NCBI GenBank assembly: GCA_900617105.1
Contig: UYFQ01000292.1
Span: 1-64,000 of the forward strand
DNA: 64,000 nucleotides
Source of the DNA: Hydrurus foetidus
Taxonomy: Eukaryota
Direction of reading: 5' to 3'
The position numbers and the translations under genes were made by a program. This document shows, in pieces, positions 11,901-25,929 of this stretch (position 1 is the first letter of the stretch; each line of letters opens with the position of its first letter). The notes under the pieces were generated by a model. The model ran no database searches. It was given only the letters and a program-made list of their open reading frames with translations, and was not told the origin of the DNA.

Positions 11901-14519
11901 ACGACCCCCTGTAGGTGATATTTTCTCATCGCTTTTATTTGGTATTTCTTCTGTGTGATTTAGTAGTATATCCAGTGCCAGTAAAAGAGACAGACCCCCT
12001 CCTAGACTGTGACCAGCTAGCACTACTTTCTTGCCTACAGATAAACGCAGTGTAAAAGCATTAGAAGTCGTTATGTGTACATACAGAAAGAGTTACCGTA
12101 CAATTTTACGAGGTAGGACGATTTTATCATATGGAGATGTAAAATCTTTGCGACACTTCGAAATCCTGTCACACAAGGAATCATGTCACACAAGGAATCA
12201 TGTCCCCGGTAATGTTGTTACAAGTGTTGTGACACTTTCATGTAAACCGTGTACACATTGTTGAAATGACAGCTAGGCAGGAATATCTTAGTTTCGTACT
12301 TGAAAATAAAATAAACACTGAGAACAACGCATATCTATTTCAGCACTTCAAACCAAATCAAATCACATCAAATCAAATCAAATCACATCAAATCAAATCA
12401 AATCAAATCACATCAAACCAAATCAAATCAGACCAAATCAAATCACATCAAATCAAATCAAATCAGACCAAATCAAATCAGACCAAATCAAATCACATCA
12501 AATCAAATCAAATCAGACCAAATCAAGCCAAATCAAATCAAATCAAATCACATCAAATCGAATCACATCAAATCAAATCAAATCAAATCAGACCAAATCA
12601 AATCAAATCAAATCAAATCAAATCACATCAAACCAAATCAAATCAGACCAAATCAAGCCAAATCAAATCGAATCAAATCAAATCAAATCAAATCAAATCA
12701 GACCAAATCAAATCACATCAAACCAAATCAAATCAAATCAAATCAAATCAAATCAAATCAAATCAAATCAATCAAACCAAATCAAATCAGACCAAATCAA
12801 GCCAAATCAAATCGAATCAAATCACATCAAATCAAATCAAATCAGACAAAATCAAATCAAATCAGACCAAATCAAATCAAATCAAATCAAATCACATCAA
12901 ACCAAATCAAATCAGACCAAATCAAGCCAAATCAGACCAAATCAAATCAAATCAAATCAAATCACATCAAACCAAATCAAATCAGACCAAATCAAGCCAA
13001 ATCAAATCGAATCAAATCAAATCAAATCAAATCAAATCAAATCAAATCAAATCAAATCAAATCAAATCAGACCAAATCAGACCAAATCAGACCAAATCAC
13101 ATCAAATCAAATCAAATACACACAGACTGCAAGCACAACATTTAGATGCTATTTCAGTACATATTTTTCTCATACAGATTTAAAAAAAAGATTTTTAGAT
13201 GCTATCTCAGCATTTGAAAATCAACCATTCAGTTTCTTATTTGGAATAACTTACCTTTCCGCAAAGCAGAAAGTACGGAATTAATCAGCAAATTTGATAG
13301 AAGAGTATCAGATACAACAACCGATTTATCCGACAGAACAGAATTATTCTTATTCGTTTTCTTCGTTGAATTCTTCATTTCAAAATAACTTGTATTATCT
13401 TTTCTCTCAGGATTTTTGTGATTACTCTTCCCCATTTTTTTGCATTTTTCTATATCCTTTTCACAATTTTTTCTACCCCTTATTGTGTCTTGAGATTTTT
13501 GAATATTCTTGAAACGTTCGTACGTGTCTCCTATGGTTGTTCCGAATGCACTGTTCTTGTCGTCTCCTCTGTCAAGTGGGAACAATCTTCCTCTATCCAC
13601 CCGTCCATATGCGTTGAGCATGCCCCTATGAATTGATCCTACAGGACAATTATCAGAAGACGAAAAACTAGAGTTAGAAGGGCAATATAGTAAAAAAGAG
13701 AAGAAGGAACTCGAACCCTAAACGACAAAGGAGACATCGTTCAAAACTTTTCGTGCGTTATTCGGGCGTGATAGGGTATTGATACGAATTGAAAGAAAGA
13801 AAGTTGATTTGATTTGATTTGAAAGATGAAAGAATGATGGGATGCACCAGTGATAATATGATAATCAGACACTGCAATTCACCTTCCATGGCTCCAAAGT
13901 AGAAGCTATGAGCAGCTGGCTCCATTGTTTGAGAATTCGTAAATAAATCTGCCGCACTGTCACTACCTCTAAATATAATCACAGCAGTGGTTGAACTTTC
14001 TCCTAAGAGAACCTCTGTATCATGCCACATCCCTTCTCTCCAATCTGCAAAAAACCATCTGAAAACAATAGATTCTTTCTCTGTATGACTCATTGGACAC
14101 TGAGTGCTGAGATGGGGTAGAGGACTTGACCCATCTTTTCTAAAGACTCTTCTAATAAGCGGAATTGAACTGAATAACTTCTTTACAGAAGTCAATGCTT
14201 CACGAAAGTAGAACTTCGACATACAGAATCTCCTTGCTATTGAATGCCTGATGTCAAAGAGAGCTGTTGAGGCGCCTCTCGACTCAAACTCCACCAGCCA
14301 AGGATGTCTATCAGGATCTTTCTCATACTCTAGATAGGCGACTGCGCTAAGAATTGAAGCTTTGTAAGCCATCTTCAAACTATCCTCGTCTACCGGCTGA
14401 TCCATCACTTTCTGGCAGACATGGCTCGATGGTGAGTCTTGCTGTTGCAAGCTTACTTCGATGAATTGTAGAAAAATGACAAGCTGCACAACACAGCAAA
14501 GAACAAATCGAAATATCAT
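8957..14519 (-). CDS. Class-3 lipase with signal peptide, at least 5 exons
   Basis: Exons 14519-13883, 13638-13255, 12034-11569, 10592-10015 and 9762-~8957 join in frame at GT-AG sites; IFRGSDS, IHRGMLNAY, GHSLG (Ser), YTFGQP, DIV (Asp), HRMNHY (His). Final exon end uncertain. Confidence 0.88.
10782..11337. repeat. Intronic (CAATA)n/(CAACA)n pentamer array
   Basis: Visible tandem pentamers in a lipase intron. Confidence 0.97.
12349..13116. repeat. Intronic (CAAAT)n pentamer array with variants
   Basis: CAAAT/CAGAC/CACAT/CAAGC units in a lipase intron. Confidence 0.97.
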
Positions 14520-15220
14520 GGAACTTCAAAAGATTATTCTGTCTTCAAAGAATCATTGATCATGAAAATCAGTCCCTCAGACCAATCTGACAACCATACA
14601 CCCGATTATACTTTGGAGTTGAGCTGAGGAGCTCAGATCAGCGCAGATGATGTGATCTACTTCCAATTATATATCTGCAAGATTAAAATTTAAGATGTAC
14701 GTATCTATCCACCATGCCATAGAATGAAGTACTGAATTTAGCTATCCTCTTACTGAATACTGGCTTTATTTCATTGTTGTTCTTCATTATTCTATCTGTT
14801 CCTCAGACCAGCGCGGCCATCCCCTGCTCATACTGATCTAAGTGAGATGTTTAAATGCTTGTAAATCTTAATGGCCATCTTTGCTAGTCCATGTTAGAGC
14901 GCGCTGTCAGTCATAGTCGTGAGTGTACGTCACTGCAATTGAAGAATCAGCTCTGCTTCCAAGAAATCATTCACGCTTCCTCTGGACATTTCAATATTCA
15001 TCATTCCTACGCGTGAAAATTCCTTCCAAAAGACCGGCCGGGTCATCCAGTGGAGAAACGAAAATTCCCCAAAGATTATAGAAGCTACGAATTATTTTCT
15101 CTGAAGAAAAAGATCGCGCCTTTTAAAGAAAAAGAAGAGTGATTTTTTTTACAGAGAGTACACTTAATGTTTCTACAAATCTATTTCCACGTCTATTAAT
15201 TACATATTAATTATTATTTA

Positions 15221-17129
15221 TTACGCTCTGTCGCTGACATTTTGAAAATTAATAACTAAGAATGCAGCTTCGGAGGATCTCGGATCTATGAATCCTATAA
15301 CCGCAGATTTCGCAACCTGAATAAAAAAATAGAATGAATCAAAAAATTAAAACCAATAGAAAAGTAAGATTTACGATGAAACAGAATAGAGAAATGGATA
15401 CATCGCTTTTCATGGACGTGTAGTAAGTAGGAACGATAAATCAACACATAATATTTAATAGATACACAATGTGCAATGCAAGTACGAAGAAAGGTGTTGC
15501 GAATATCATCAAAAGTACTCACTTGATTTTGTACTCTTGAAAAAGAAAGAAGATCTCTAGCTGATATCTGTGAGAATCAGGTTTTACAGTTGTGAGAGAA
15601 AACTTACAGAGATAACTATGAAGTAGTATTTCTGGATACGAATAAAGGATTTATTATACTTAAATTCCGTGTGGCTTTTGTTGCTGTAGGATAAATTGAC
15701 GCTAAGATAGAGGAGAAATAATGAATCACTGAAAAAATGGCATTATGTAAAATTGTACAAGATTCTCATACAAGGGAGAAAGCAACATATGTCCGGAATC
15801 GCTAGTTATAGATAATATTCACGAGAGAAAAAAGGAAAGAAGGAAGGAGAGAAGGAAGGGAGGAAGGAAAGAGGGAAGGAAGAAAGACAGAAAGAGAAAC
15901 GTTACCTTGCGCTGCCTTGCGACTCTAACGGTAGCGGTGGAGTGGGAGTTGGACGGATCTCCCCCCCTGTATATCGTGTAGTCTCCCCCGTACACATCGC
16001 CCGGTCCGATAAAATATCCGTATTCCTCTTGGAGAGAGCGGAATATCTTCAAAAACAAAATACAGGATACAAAATGCAGGTTAGAAAGAGGAGTAAGATA
16101 TGCAGAGTACGAGATACATTTGATGAAAGGACGAATGCAGAGAGATTTATTGCAAGCAGTTCCTTCTAACAAACCACAATTGAATATAGTAGAATGAGAA
16201 TACGAAAAGAAGTAGAGAGTGAGGAGAAAGTAGGTGAGATTAATCACTAAAAAAGCAGAGAAACATCGATGAAAACTGGCTGCCAAGCTAATCAATAAAG
16301 TAGTCATACTTTGGCACTCTGGATATCTTGTTCAAAGCATCATTGAAAAAAACAAAAAAAACATACCGTCATTTGAATTTCTGCAGCAGCGTTCTTCCGA
16401 CTAATCTTCTTTGTTCCGTCAATCTTTCGTTTACTGACTGAATTAACACGAAATCCAAGTACCGATGAAGAACTCTCTTCTGCAGCAGCGACTATTTGCG
16501 ATTCTGAATATTCTTGTATGTTCTCTAGGAATCCTTCTGCAGAAGACTTTTCTTCATCATCACCTGTATTTCCATCCACAGCTATCTTCCCAGCAGATTC
16601 AGTTGATTCACTGGAACTGGAAACGCGAAGATTACTAGCATCTCCTGCGTTTGTGACCGCATTTTCTGTAGAAGCTAATTTCCATCCAAACATCCAGCCT
16701 AAAACACTGTTTATAGTGGATGTAGCTTTGTTCGCCAAGTCACCGATCCTGCTAAATATGCTAGATCTTTGCAACTTCTTTGACGGTTCTGAACTGATTT
16801 CAGGAACCTCAGCATTGACGCTAATCGTCTCATCAAACTTCCTTTTGCGCGATTGACTCTGTACATTAGTCTGTTGAGCCTCTATGCGCTCATTAAGGTA
16901 CCTACAGTTTAAGCAGATGGTCGTCAGAATGAGACGACATTTCCGGCTAACTTAGTTTTGTTTACCTTCGCTGTTCAGGCCATATCATAACTGGTAGACG
17001 TCCTTTGCTTGCACGTCTTTCCTGATCAAAGTTTGTGCCGATGAAAGAGGGCCATAATCGATATTTTTGAAACATTTCCTTTGTTTCGGCCACAGTCCAT
17101 ACCAAGTTGCCCACATCTATGGAGCACAT
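15221..17129 (-). CDS. TSEN34: tRNA-splicing endonuclease catalytic subunit SEN34-like, about 5 exons
   Basis: N-terminal VW..AE...FIGT...GRLPVMIWPEQ; catalytic region IFRSLQEEYGYFIGPGDVYGGDYTIYRGGDPSNSHS, then RDLLSFSRVQNQ|VAKS (Tyr/His/Lys triad); stop at 15221. Confidence 0.8.
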
Positions 17130-17210
17130 GATAGAATCCAGCGGCGTTCCAACGATTGAGTTTGATATTGGCGAAGTAGTGGCTGTCAAATGATGTCAAG
17201 GCAATCAGCT

Positions 17211-17654
17211 TAGGGTCTGACACAACCGCCCCTAGAAATCCTCAATCCGGCTTTTTTTCCGCCCCTGAAACCGCCCCAGCTATTTCTCCACGACCACGAC
17301 GAATTATCAACTTTTTAATGCAGATTCTTGTTCCTCTACTTAGGTCCTACTCAAATGTAGCTCTACTTCATCCAAAACGCGAAAGAAAAAATTCGACAAA
17401 AAATAATTTTTAGGCTCCTCACCCCAGGTTCGAAACACCCCACGTATTGGTATGAACGGTACAACGGAAGTTATGAACACATTTTAAGACGGTTTTGGAT
17501 AGGAAATTAGCAGAGCCGGAGGATGGCACATTTACTTTTTTAGAATTACTTTTTCTTCATTACAAAAAGTAAGAAAGACGGGAAAAGACGGACTGCTTTT
17601 TCAGATGAGTGTAAACCGCCCCAAAGACGGGAAGGGCGGTTGTGTCAGACCCTA
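17211..17654. mobile_element. Non-autonomous hAT-type MITE, 444 bp
   Basis: 21-bp perfect TIR TAGGGTCTGACACAACCGCCC; 8-bp TSD AATCAGCT at 17203-17210 and 17655-17662. Confidence 0.93.
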
Positions 17655-18474
17655 AATCAGCTCTCGTGTGAATCCTATACCAATTCGATGATAACTCAGT
17701 CATTTAGATGATCATATTTAAGTATATTAGATGGTATTCCATTTCCATCTTAATTTCAAAATTTGAAATCTTTCATGCATGGTGTAGAAGCCGCTATAGT
17801 TACATGAGATTTATTCATTTCAAAATAGCTGAATTTGGCACTCAATAGCAATTATATGCCATCAGCTACTATGTGTATTCCAAACAATACACTGCAACTG
17901 CCAATGATCATACTTCAAATCTTGGAACACCTCTTGATGACGTACAGGTGTCCTCAACGGGGTGCATGGATTATCGTATTCACTAATTTAGGATCACAGA
18001 TAGATAAATCGAGGGGACTAGGTAAAAAAAGAGGAGGAGGAGGAGGCGTGGGAGGTGAGAGGATAGGTTCAGTTTTCGCTTCAGATTGGACGGGTTTGAT
18101 CCGTCGTAATCTCCGCAGCGATGTAGTGTATCAGAGATCTTACTACAATGGCTGTAACGACAGAAATTAAACCTTGAAATGAGCCATTCCTCCACTCCAA
18201 TCGATATCTACAGTTGTCGTATCACGTAATCACAGTTACTGTCAGCACAAGAACGTCAACACTTCTTGTCGGCTCCTCATCAATAAAAGGGAAGATTCAA
18301 CACAAAAATTGTAAGTGAATTTAAGTCAGGATCTTTTACATATTAACGGCAAAATTTGAAACGAGTTGCAATACTTCACACGAGTTTGTAAACTCAACAC
18401 TTGGTGACAAAATTTTATGACGAACAGGGGGAGGAGTACATGATTTTACCAAATAGACATATAAACTTCCACGA

Positions 18475-20152
18475 TTACAAATTCTTATTGAAGAGTTTAC
18501 CAGATTGAAATTTGTTCACTCCGTTTTTAACAGATTTTAATATTCTTATGCCGTTGTGAGTGTAGTCAGACGCCGCCACCGGTGTCTTAAATAAGAAGGA
18601 TAGCAGCATTCTGACAGTCGATTCTGCCATTTTTAAAGGCATGAAAAAGAAGATATGAAGCATCGACTCAATCCAAAACACGGCAATTCTTTTCGCAATA
18701 CGGAAGAGTAAATAATTGAATTCCAGTATCAGATTTAAGCCAAAGAAAGGCATTGTAATGAAGAAAAATCTTGCCAGAAACTGAAAACTCCTCCAAAAAG
18801 GGGATATCCATATCTTTAATATTTGAACCATTTCTTTTCCATTTTCATTGAGGAATTTCTTTTCAAAAGCGAAAAAATTGATGTAAGTTTTAGTCCTCTT
18901 TGAATTTGTATCATCCCCGGATGTCGTGTAAGGATTGCCAGTCAGTGCTGAATCATCGTAACCAGCGGTGATGCAGTACGAACTCGCTTGTGAAGATATT
19001 GCTGGATTAAAAGTGCCCATTGGATAGCTTTCCATGTGTTTTTGTATGACTTCTTGGTGCCAGTAGAGCACTTCTTCGGTGTTCTTAGACTCTTCATAAT
19101 GTCCTGACCTAGCGACACTACTCGTATCACTTCTCTGTCGTACAGTGCACTTCCCAGGTAGGCCTTTCATTCCTCCTTTTCCAAAGAGAGCATGTGGTGG
19201 CAGTGCAACAATACCCTCTTCCTCCAGGTCTCCATACTCCTTGCATCTGTAAACGTCCACCAGGGGAGACATTTCACCACTATGAAGACCATCTTCCGGC
19301 AACTTCTGATTCGCTTCGACTACGTCTTCATCTACTTCCTTAGTGATCGAGGTGTTCTGCGCGTAGACCATGGCGCAGATCCCGGAAAGAGACGGTGTCG
19401 AATATGCTTCTCCTCCTTCTCCTTCTTCTTCATAGCGATGTTCATTTTCCTGCAGTCCAGATAGATTTCCATTCTCATCCTCGATGATGTTCACCGACTC
19501 TGCATGGAGAGTAACGATCATCGCTTCTTTGCCTATCTCAGCCATTATTCTATCTGCTGGGCTCTCTTCACACTCACGGATTTTGTTCAAGTCCCGAATT
19601 TCACTTGCATCTTTGTCATCCGCGATTTCGATTCTGTCGACGATTTTATTCACCGGTGTCATGGTGGGATACATCTCTGTAAAAGATGAACCTTTACTGT
19701 CACAGTTGCTGGAATGTTCAGGTGCTATCGGAAGATTTTCTCCTTCTGTAATTAAGTTTCGGATACATGTAAGTGGAAAAGCACTCGATATTTCTGATTT
19801 TTGTTGGAGCCTAATCTGTTTCTGCAATTTCAAACATCAGCGAGCGGTTTTGATTATTCACAAGCCGCACATACTGCTGATGAAGGTGTAAGACAGAAAT
19901 TCTTCACTCGGAAGGATACAATAATTATTTACGGACAATAATTTGCCGAAGTCTCACTTTACCTGGTATCTTGATGTCAATTTTCCCATCATTCTTTTTC
20001 GCTGAGGCAGCGGGAGTTTTGACGGGTGTGACAATCCCGGTTGATTGCTTCTCCTTCTTGGCAACCTTCTGGAATCGTTGTTTTTCGAGGCTGTAAGTAG
20101 TTATTCAACAAGAAGATACTATGGGAAACCGCTTCATCACCTTGTTCTTCAT
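18475..20152 (-). CDS. Hypothetical protein with acidic middle and hydrophobic C-terminal segment; spliced 5' end uncertain
   Basis: 452-aa ORF 18475..19833 plus an upstream coding-like exon (about 19963-20090) ending CCAG|GTAAAG; no recognised domain. Confidence 0.55.
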
Positions 20153-20345
20153 GTCGCTACCAATCACTTCAGGACTTTCAGCTGCGGCCAGGTCGATGGT
20201 TACCGACGAAACTGAGAACAGAGTTGGAGCTTCGCGATGGTGTTGATGATGTAGCTAAATATGCGAAACCACCTCATCAGCTCTTGAACTTCTTCACAGA
20301 TCACAACGATTCGATTCCAGATTCCAGGAAGTCCGCGAGGAACGA

Positions 20346-20624
20346 TGTTGGAATTCTGGGCGAATTACACGGAATTTCTTCCGAGTTCCTAAACGATCCC
20401 TGCACTTCCGACTGCTAGTGACGCTTGCTCAAAAGAGAAGAAGACGTTCTATTCGGTAAGTTGGATTAAACGACAGTGACGTGCTGTCGATTACATCTAG
20501 GTAGCATAACATGAGTGCGAGGGTTGCGGTCAATGTTATCGCTGAATGTACGTACACCCGTGCATGAAAACAATCATCCATCACACAGGGTACAAGATCC
20601 TAGTCTAATCCGGATATCACAACA
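20346..20624 (-). repeat. 3' LTR of Copia #2
   Basis: Direct repeat of 25986-26264 with one difference (C20510 vs T26150). Confidence 0.98.
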
Positions 20625-20633
20625 CACCCCCAT
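20625..20633 (-). other. Polypurine tract of Copia #2
   Basis: Minus strand ATGGGGGTG immediately precedes the 3' LTR. Confidence 0.7.
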
Positions 20634-21134
20634 GATGGTTATTGTTTGAATAAGTGAATATGTTAATTAGCATATGCTTATATAGTATACTTATTGGTTA
20701 TTGTTCATAATGTTTCACACAACACTCAGATAGGGAGCTTAGTGTTAGGGTATGGTAAACAGTAAATTTTCTTAAAAATATTTTTCACGGAATTTTTAAA
20801 TATTGACAAGTTGCGTCGTGATATGGTGTAAAATAAAACATGGGTGGTTGGATTAGTAAATGGGTATTGCTCGAGAAAAACTATTTGTAAACCGTCAAAA
20901 AAGCCTCAGCTGGTGACCGGTCTCGAGTTCGATCCAACCGATGTTGGTGCCCTTAAATCCGCTAAAACGTCGACATTCGATGTCGCAAAAGCGGTGCATC
21001 GATGTCCCTCGCGGTCCTATCAAACAAATGTTGATTTAAAGCGAAATCAGATTTTTATTTTTATTTTGTAATTTATCTGGAAAAACGCTATAAGTAGGTA
21101 AGTCAAAATCAATAAATAACTCCCCTGAATTTCT

Positions 21135-24100
21135 TTATACATTGAGCACTTGGTCGCGTAGCTCTTGGAATAGCTTCCCCTGCAGTGGCTTGGTCAGCAA
21201 ATCTGCAATCATTTCTTTAGTACTCTTGTAGGTTACAATAATATGGTCTGATTTAATTCGGTCATGCAGGAAGAAAAACTTGATGTCTATGTGTCTAGTT
21301 CTTTCACTGTTGGACCTACCGTTCTTAACTAACTGAATTGTGGATAGGTTATCTTGGTAAATTAAAGCTGGACCTACCTCATACTCTTGATGGATAAGGA
21401 AATTCCTAGTCCATAAAACCTGATTACCTGCTTCAGTCATAGCTACTAGTTCTGCCTCTGTGCTAGACGTAGTATTTAATTTCTGAGTGGAACTCTTACC
21501 ATATATTGCTCCCTTACCTAGTGTTATAATACAGCCAGTGTGACTCTTCTTATCTGCATGTACAGCGTATGATGCATCTATATAGGCTATAACCTTAACC
21601 GGAGTATCTACCTCTAGGGTCAGCGGCGTAGCTCTGGTCTCTCTGATATACCGTATAGTATGCGCTAACTTATTCCAGTCGTCGGTTCTAGGTTCTAAGA
21701 CTCTTTTAGTTAGATATGCTATACATGTCAGTATGTCTGGTCTGGTTCTCTTACTTAAATATAACAACTTAGCTGTTAGTGAGTGGAATCTCTCACGTTC
21801 TTTATCTTTCAATAAAGGACTGTTAAGATCGATCTTGAATAGATTATCGTCGGCAGGTGTTCTAGACACCCCCACAATCTCTATGCAATCGTCTAACAAG
21901 TCTTTTATGAAACCTTCCATGGATATGACAACTCTGCCTAACTGCTCAAAGTTAAAAGTCATACCTATATAATTCAACACTCTGCCTCTACTCTTAGTCA
22001 GGCCTGGGTATAGTTTTTCTATCTCTGAAATTATACTATCTATACGCTTCTCATCCCTACTGCTGATCATCATATCATCAACATGGATAACTAAAGTAGT
22101 CTGAGTGGAATCTAGCTCAGTCCTATTGAATACACATATGTCTGATGGATTTACCTTATAGCCTAACTGTGTTAAGTCTGATGATATTTTATCGTACCAT
22201 AACTTAGCTGACTCTACGCATCCATATAATGCTTTCTTAAGCTTAACTACTACTGTTCCTTTCTCATTTACATACTTCTGATAAGACTTGTCAATGCTAA
22301 CTAATATGTTAGTCAAATATTTATTCAGTCTCATCAGCACTGCATGGTCACCGTCTAGTGGCATATCACTGTTGAGGAATGCACCAGGAAAATCGATCGT
22401 AGCGACCGCTCGATTTTCACTAGCAGCAATTGCAGCAACAATAAATACGCTAGTGGTGCTAACAGTTGGTGATGAACCGTTATCATATATATTTCTATCT
22501 TGTAAGTGACCTCCTGCTACAAGTCTAGATTTTAGCTTATCAAATTTACCATCTGCTGTATACTTATCTTTTAAAACATACTGCTGGTTATGATACTTTT
22601 CCTCTGATTGTAACTAAGACTGTTGAGGTGAACTGCCTCCCACACATTCTTATCACACATCTGTTGTAACTCTTTTTAATGGAATCTACGGCTATCTCGC
22701 CTAATTTCTGTACTCCTTCTGTTACGGTCATGTTCATCATGTACTTACACATAACTGAATCTTTGTAGCTAGGTATACTTAAACCTACTAATCTCTTGTT
22801 CCATCTACCTGGCTGATGGTTTCTAGCACTACGTCTGGGTTGTTTATCTAGAATTTCCTCTGACTTGCTATTTTCTGTGGTGGGGGTATCTACCTCATCA
22901 TCACTGTCTACACCAAATATATCATTCATTAATGCATCGGGGTCAGTTGGTGTATCGTCATACACTACATCCTCTCCTTCATTAACGTATATATCATTTG
23001 GTATGTATTCTGTTAATTGTTCGAACTCTGATTCGTAAGCTACATCAGAATTGCCATCGTATGAGTCAAAATTATTTGCTATCTCATGATGCACAAATTC
23101 GTCTTCTGTAGGGTAACTATACGGTGTTATCATGTCAGGTGTCTGCAACTCAAATTCATCGTTGGAGTAATCATTTCCATCGTCTTCGAGGATTTGATTA
23201 CTCTGTTCGAAAATAGGTTGCTTGACATTCACTGACATATTTAATTTCCTCTCAGATGCTAACTTATCGAGGTAACTGATCACATCATCTGTCATTGGTA
23301 GGCTAGTAGCCTTTGTCCTCTTCACTACTTTTAAGTTAGCTAACAGCAGATAATACCATGAACCTTCTAGGTTGCCTGCACTAACTAATGCTATTGCTGC
23401 CTGTGATCTGAGTTTAGTCCTTGTACGTAAACTTTATGTAATCTGTTAACTTAAGTTGGTACTAAGTACAACATATCTAACTTTCTAGTAGCTCACTCAG
23501 TGAAAAAGGTACCGTGTTGATGATGGCACGAACACGTTCCTTGATCACTCTAATCTTCCTCTCAACTACAGCTACTGCTTCTCCTGCTCCAGTACTGTCT
23601 AATATAATACCTAGTGCGGCTAGCTTACTCTCAAAACTTATAGTGTTAACTGCCGACTCTCCGTCTATTCTTATCATAGTTATCTTAAATCCATACTTAG
23701 TAATGTGATGTATGTTGCTCTCTAAGTTCATCCATAAGGAAGACTTGTTTTTACGTGAGAGTTTACATATCATCACATATTCTAAGGGATTTGTAACAGT
23801 GACTAGATAGGGTATCGAGTTCACAAACATCAAATCTATGTACATAACCTGGTTCAGGAACTGCCTATCTACAACTGGCATCTCTTCCTCTAACTCAGTT
23901 TTGTGACTAGTTGTTTTCCCCTTAAGGGAACCCAAATCTGGTCCAAAAATATCTAATGCTCTAACTACATCTTGTGCTGTTATGTCACTCTTATCTAATT
24001 TCCCCTGACCTATTAATTTAATTAACTGTCCTGGGCTGGCGTAACCTAACTTTCTCTGATACTCTCTAGCTAACTCTGCTGACTTAACTTGTCTAGCTGT

Positions 24101-24763
24101 ATACAGTTTCTTCTTATCCTTAACTGTCATGACCATGATCGATTTATCGAACGATACATTCTTGTAACTGACATTTCTGTCTAAGTCGCATAGATATATG
24201 TTCGTAGACTGATCATGGACAAATCTATATACAGGTCCTAACTTAATCATCCTAACTTTGTAACAATCCTGGTCACTGTCATAGCTAACTGACTCGCTCG
24301 AGCTGACTATGTTACCGAAGGATAATATATTTGCTATACAATTTCTATCGTAGTAAACTGTTCCGAAGTCCGTCTCGCCACACTCCGTGATTATCAAGGG
24401 TTCCCCCTGAGGGTTCACTCCATTAATAATCATCGGGGTAGCGGACGGCATAATACTATAAAATAAATCTCCACTACAAAATACTGACTCTGCTGCACAT
24501 GTATCTAACAACACTTGTCTATCTGTAAATGTGGAACTGTGTGTATATACATTCGCACTAAAAATCACAGGGTCACCCCCACAATTTTTACTGTTCAGTG
24601 GACAAAAATTCTCCAAGCTGCATGCTTTATCTAACAATGGCACAAACGCAGGGTAACCGGTCGACGTTGCAAATACGTCATGCAGTCCGGTTTCCCCACA
24701 CGGAACATTTACATCCTTAGCTAGTGAATCAGGTAAAGAAACATATAAGGGACTTACTTTTCC
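21135..24763 (-). pseudogene. pol: Copia #2 pol, with frameshifts and a damaged distal integrase
   Basis: LLDTCAAES (PR), YIDLMF/RIDGES/VVERK (IN), KSRLVAGG, KALYGC, IHVDDM (RT), YIDASYAVH..KSHTG, EAEL, ADLLTKPL (RNase H); breaks near 23470-23420 and 22680-22580. Confidence 0.9.
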
Positions 24764-25929
24764 GAAGAAGGGTGACGCGCAGGTGCGTTCTTCCTCGGGG
24801 CTTCTTACACTCGTAACTGTAATGGCCCTCCTCCCCGCAGTTGTTGCAGGCTCCGTAACGGGTACCGTACTCCTGTACGGCACCACCTCTCTCTCTCTGC
24901 GGGGTGGCCTCCCTATCCCTATAGGGAGTGCCTGCCCTCGCTGTACTCTCGCTGCCGGGGGTATCGTACCCTCCCTTCTCAGCTCCCTGACTCCCGCGGC
25001 CTCTGCCGCCTCTCCCACCGGAACCCGCTCTCCCACCCCGACTGGCCGCGAAAACGTTTCGCTTCTCCGAGTTCGGGGGAGCTCCTCCGTGGACGGGCCT
25101 TCCCATAAGGAAGTTGGCCGCGTCCTGGTTGGCATCGGCCATGGTCTGCGGCCATGACCGAACCTTATTTTTAAACGTATTTATATATTCTGAATAGTTT
25201 GTATTCAGTCCAGTTATAAATAATACAGAATAGAACTCATCTGTGTGTTCTGGGGCTTCTTCGTCCGCCATCCTGTAGGCTTCGCTCTTGACGAACAGCA
25301 GCGTCCTACACCTACTATAATATGCAGCTAGGTCCTCGTGTGAGTCATTTTATTTTATAGAAGTTTCTAACTGCAGTTATAGTGTTAAATGTTTCTCCAT
25401 ACCTTTTGTTGCTCATGTGTGTTGCAACCACACATGTCAACAGACCTAGAGGATCGCATTCCTCCATAGCTCTCTTCCCAGACGGCATCTCGTTCACCCT
25501 GGTCTGCGAAGCCTCTGACATTTGACCTAATAATACACCATACAATTTTGCGCAGTCTTTTGTAAGTAATTCATCAGCAGCATCATATTTCTTACGTGCA
25601 GTTTTCCATCTCTCTATCGCGACAACACCGGCTCCCTCCGGCGGGTCTTCAGGTTCCGTCTGCTCTACGTAGTCGTAGAGGATGCCATCTATACCTATAA
25701 TTTCTTTAACAGAAGATTCATAAGTACTATACATATATACTCTAAAACATTCAAGCCATTTCAACACAGCTTCCGGATCTGCCGCTTGGCCTCGTGGCAG
25801 ATCCAGGTAAGCACCTACCTCGGGCTTCCTACCTTTTACTATGGGTTTATGGGGCTCGCCTTGCCCCCTACCATATCGACCCCTGCCCCCGCCACGGGGC
25901 TGGAATCTCCCATCGCCTCGTCCTCTCAT
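24754..25929 (-). CDS. gag: Copia #2 Gag (frameshifts near 25348 and 24798)
   Basis: MRGRGDGR... start; CNNCGEEGHYSYEC knuckle; homologous to Gag of element #1. Confidence 0.8.

Noticed and set aside
10705..13183. Long Cys/Val/Leu/Tyr-, QYNTI- or SNQIK-repeat ORFs (also at 36785-37601, 42284, 44757, 51914, 58580, 59666)
   Set aside because: They are translations of stop-free microsatellites inside introns whose flanking exons splice in frame.
17415..17445. GGTTCGAA T-loop/B-box-like motif
   Set aside because: No cloverleaf or A-box evident; lies inside a MITE.
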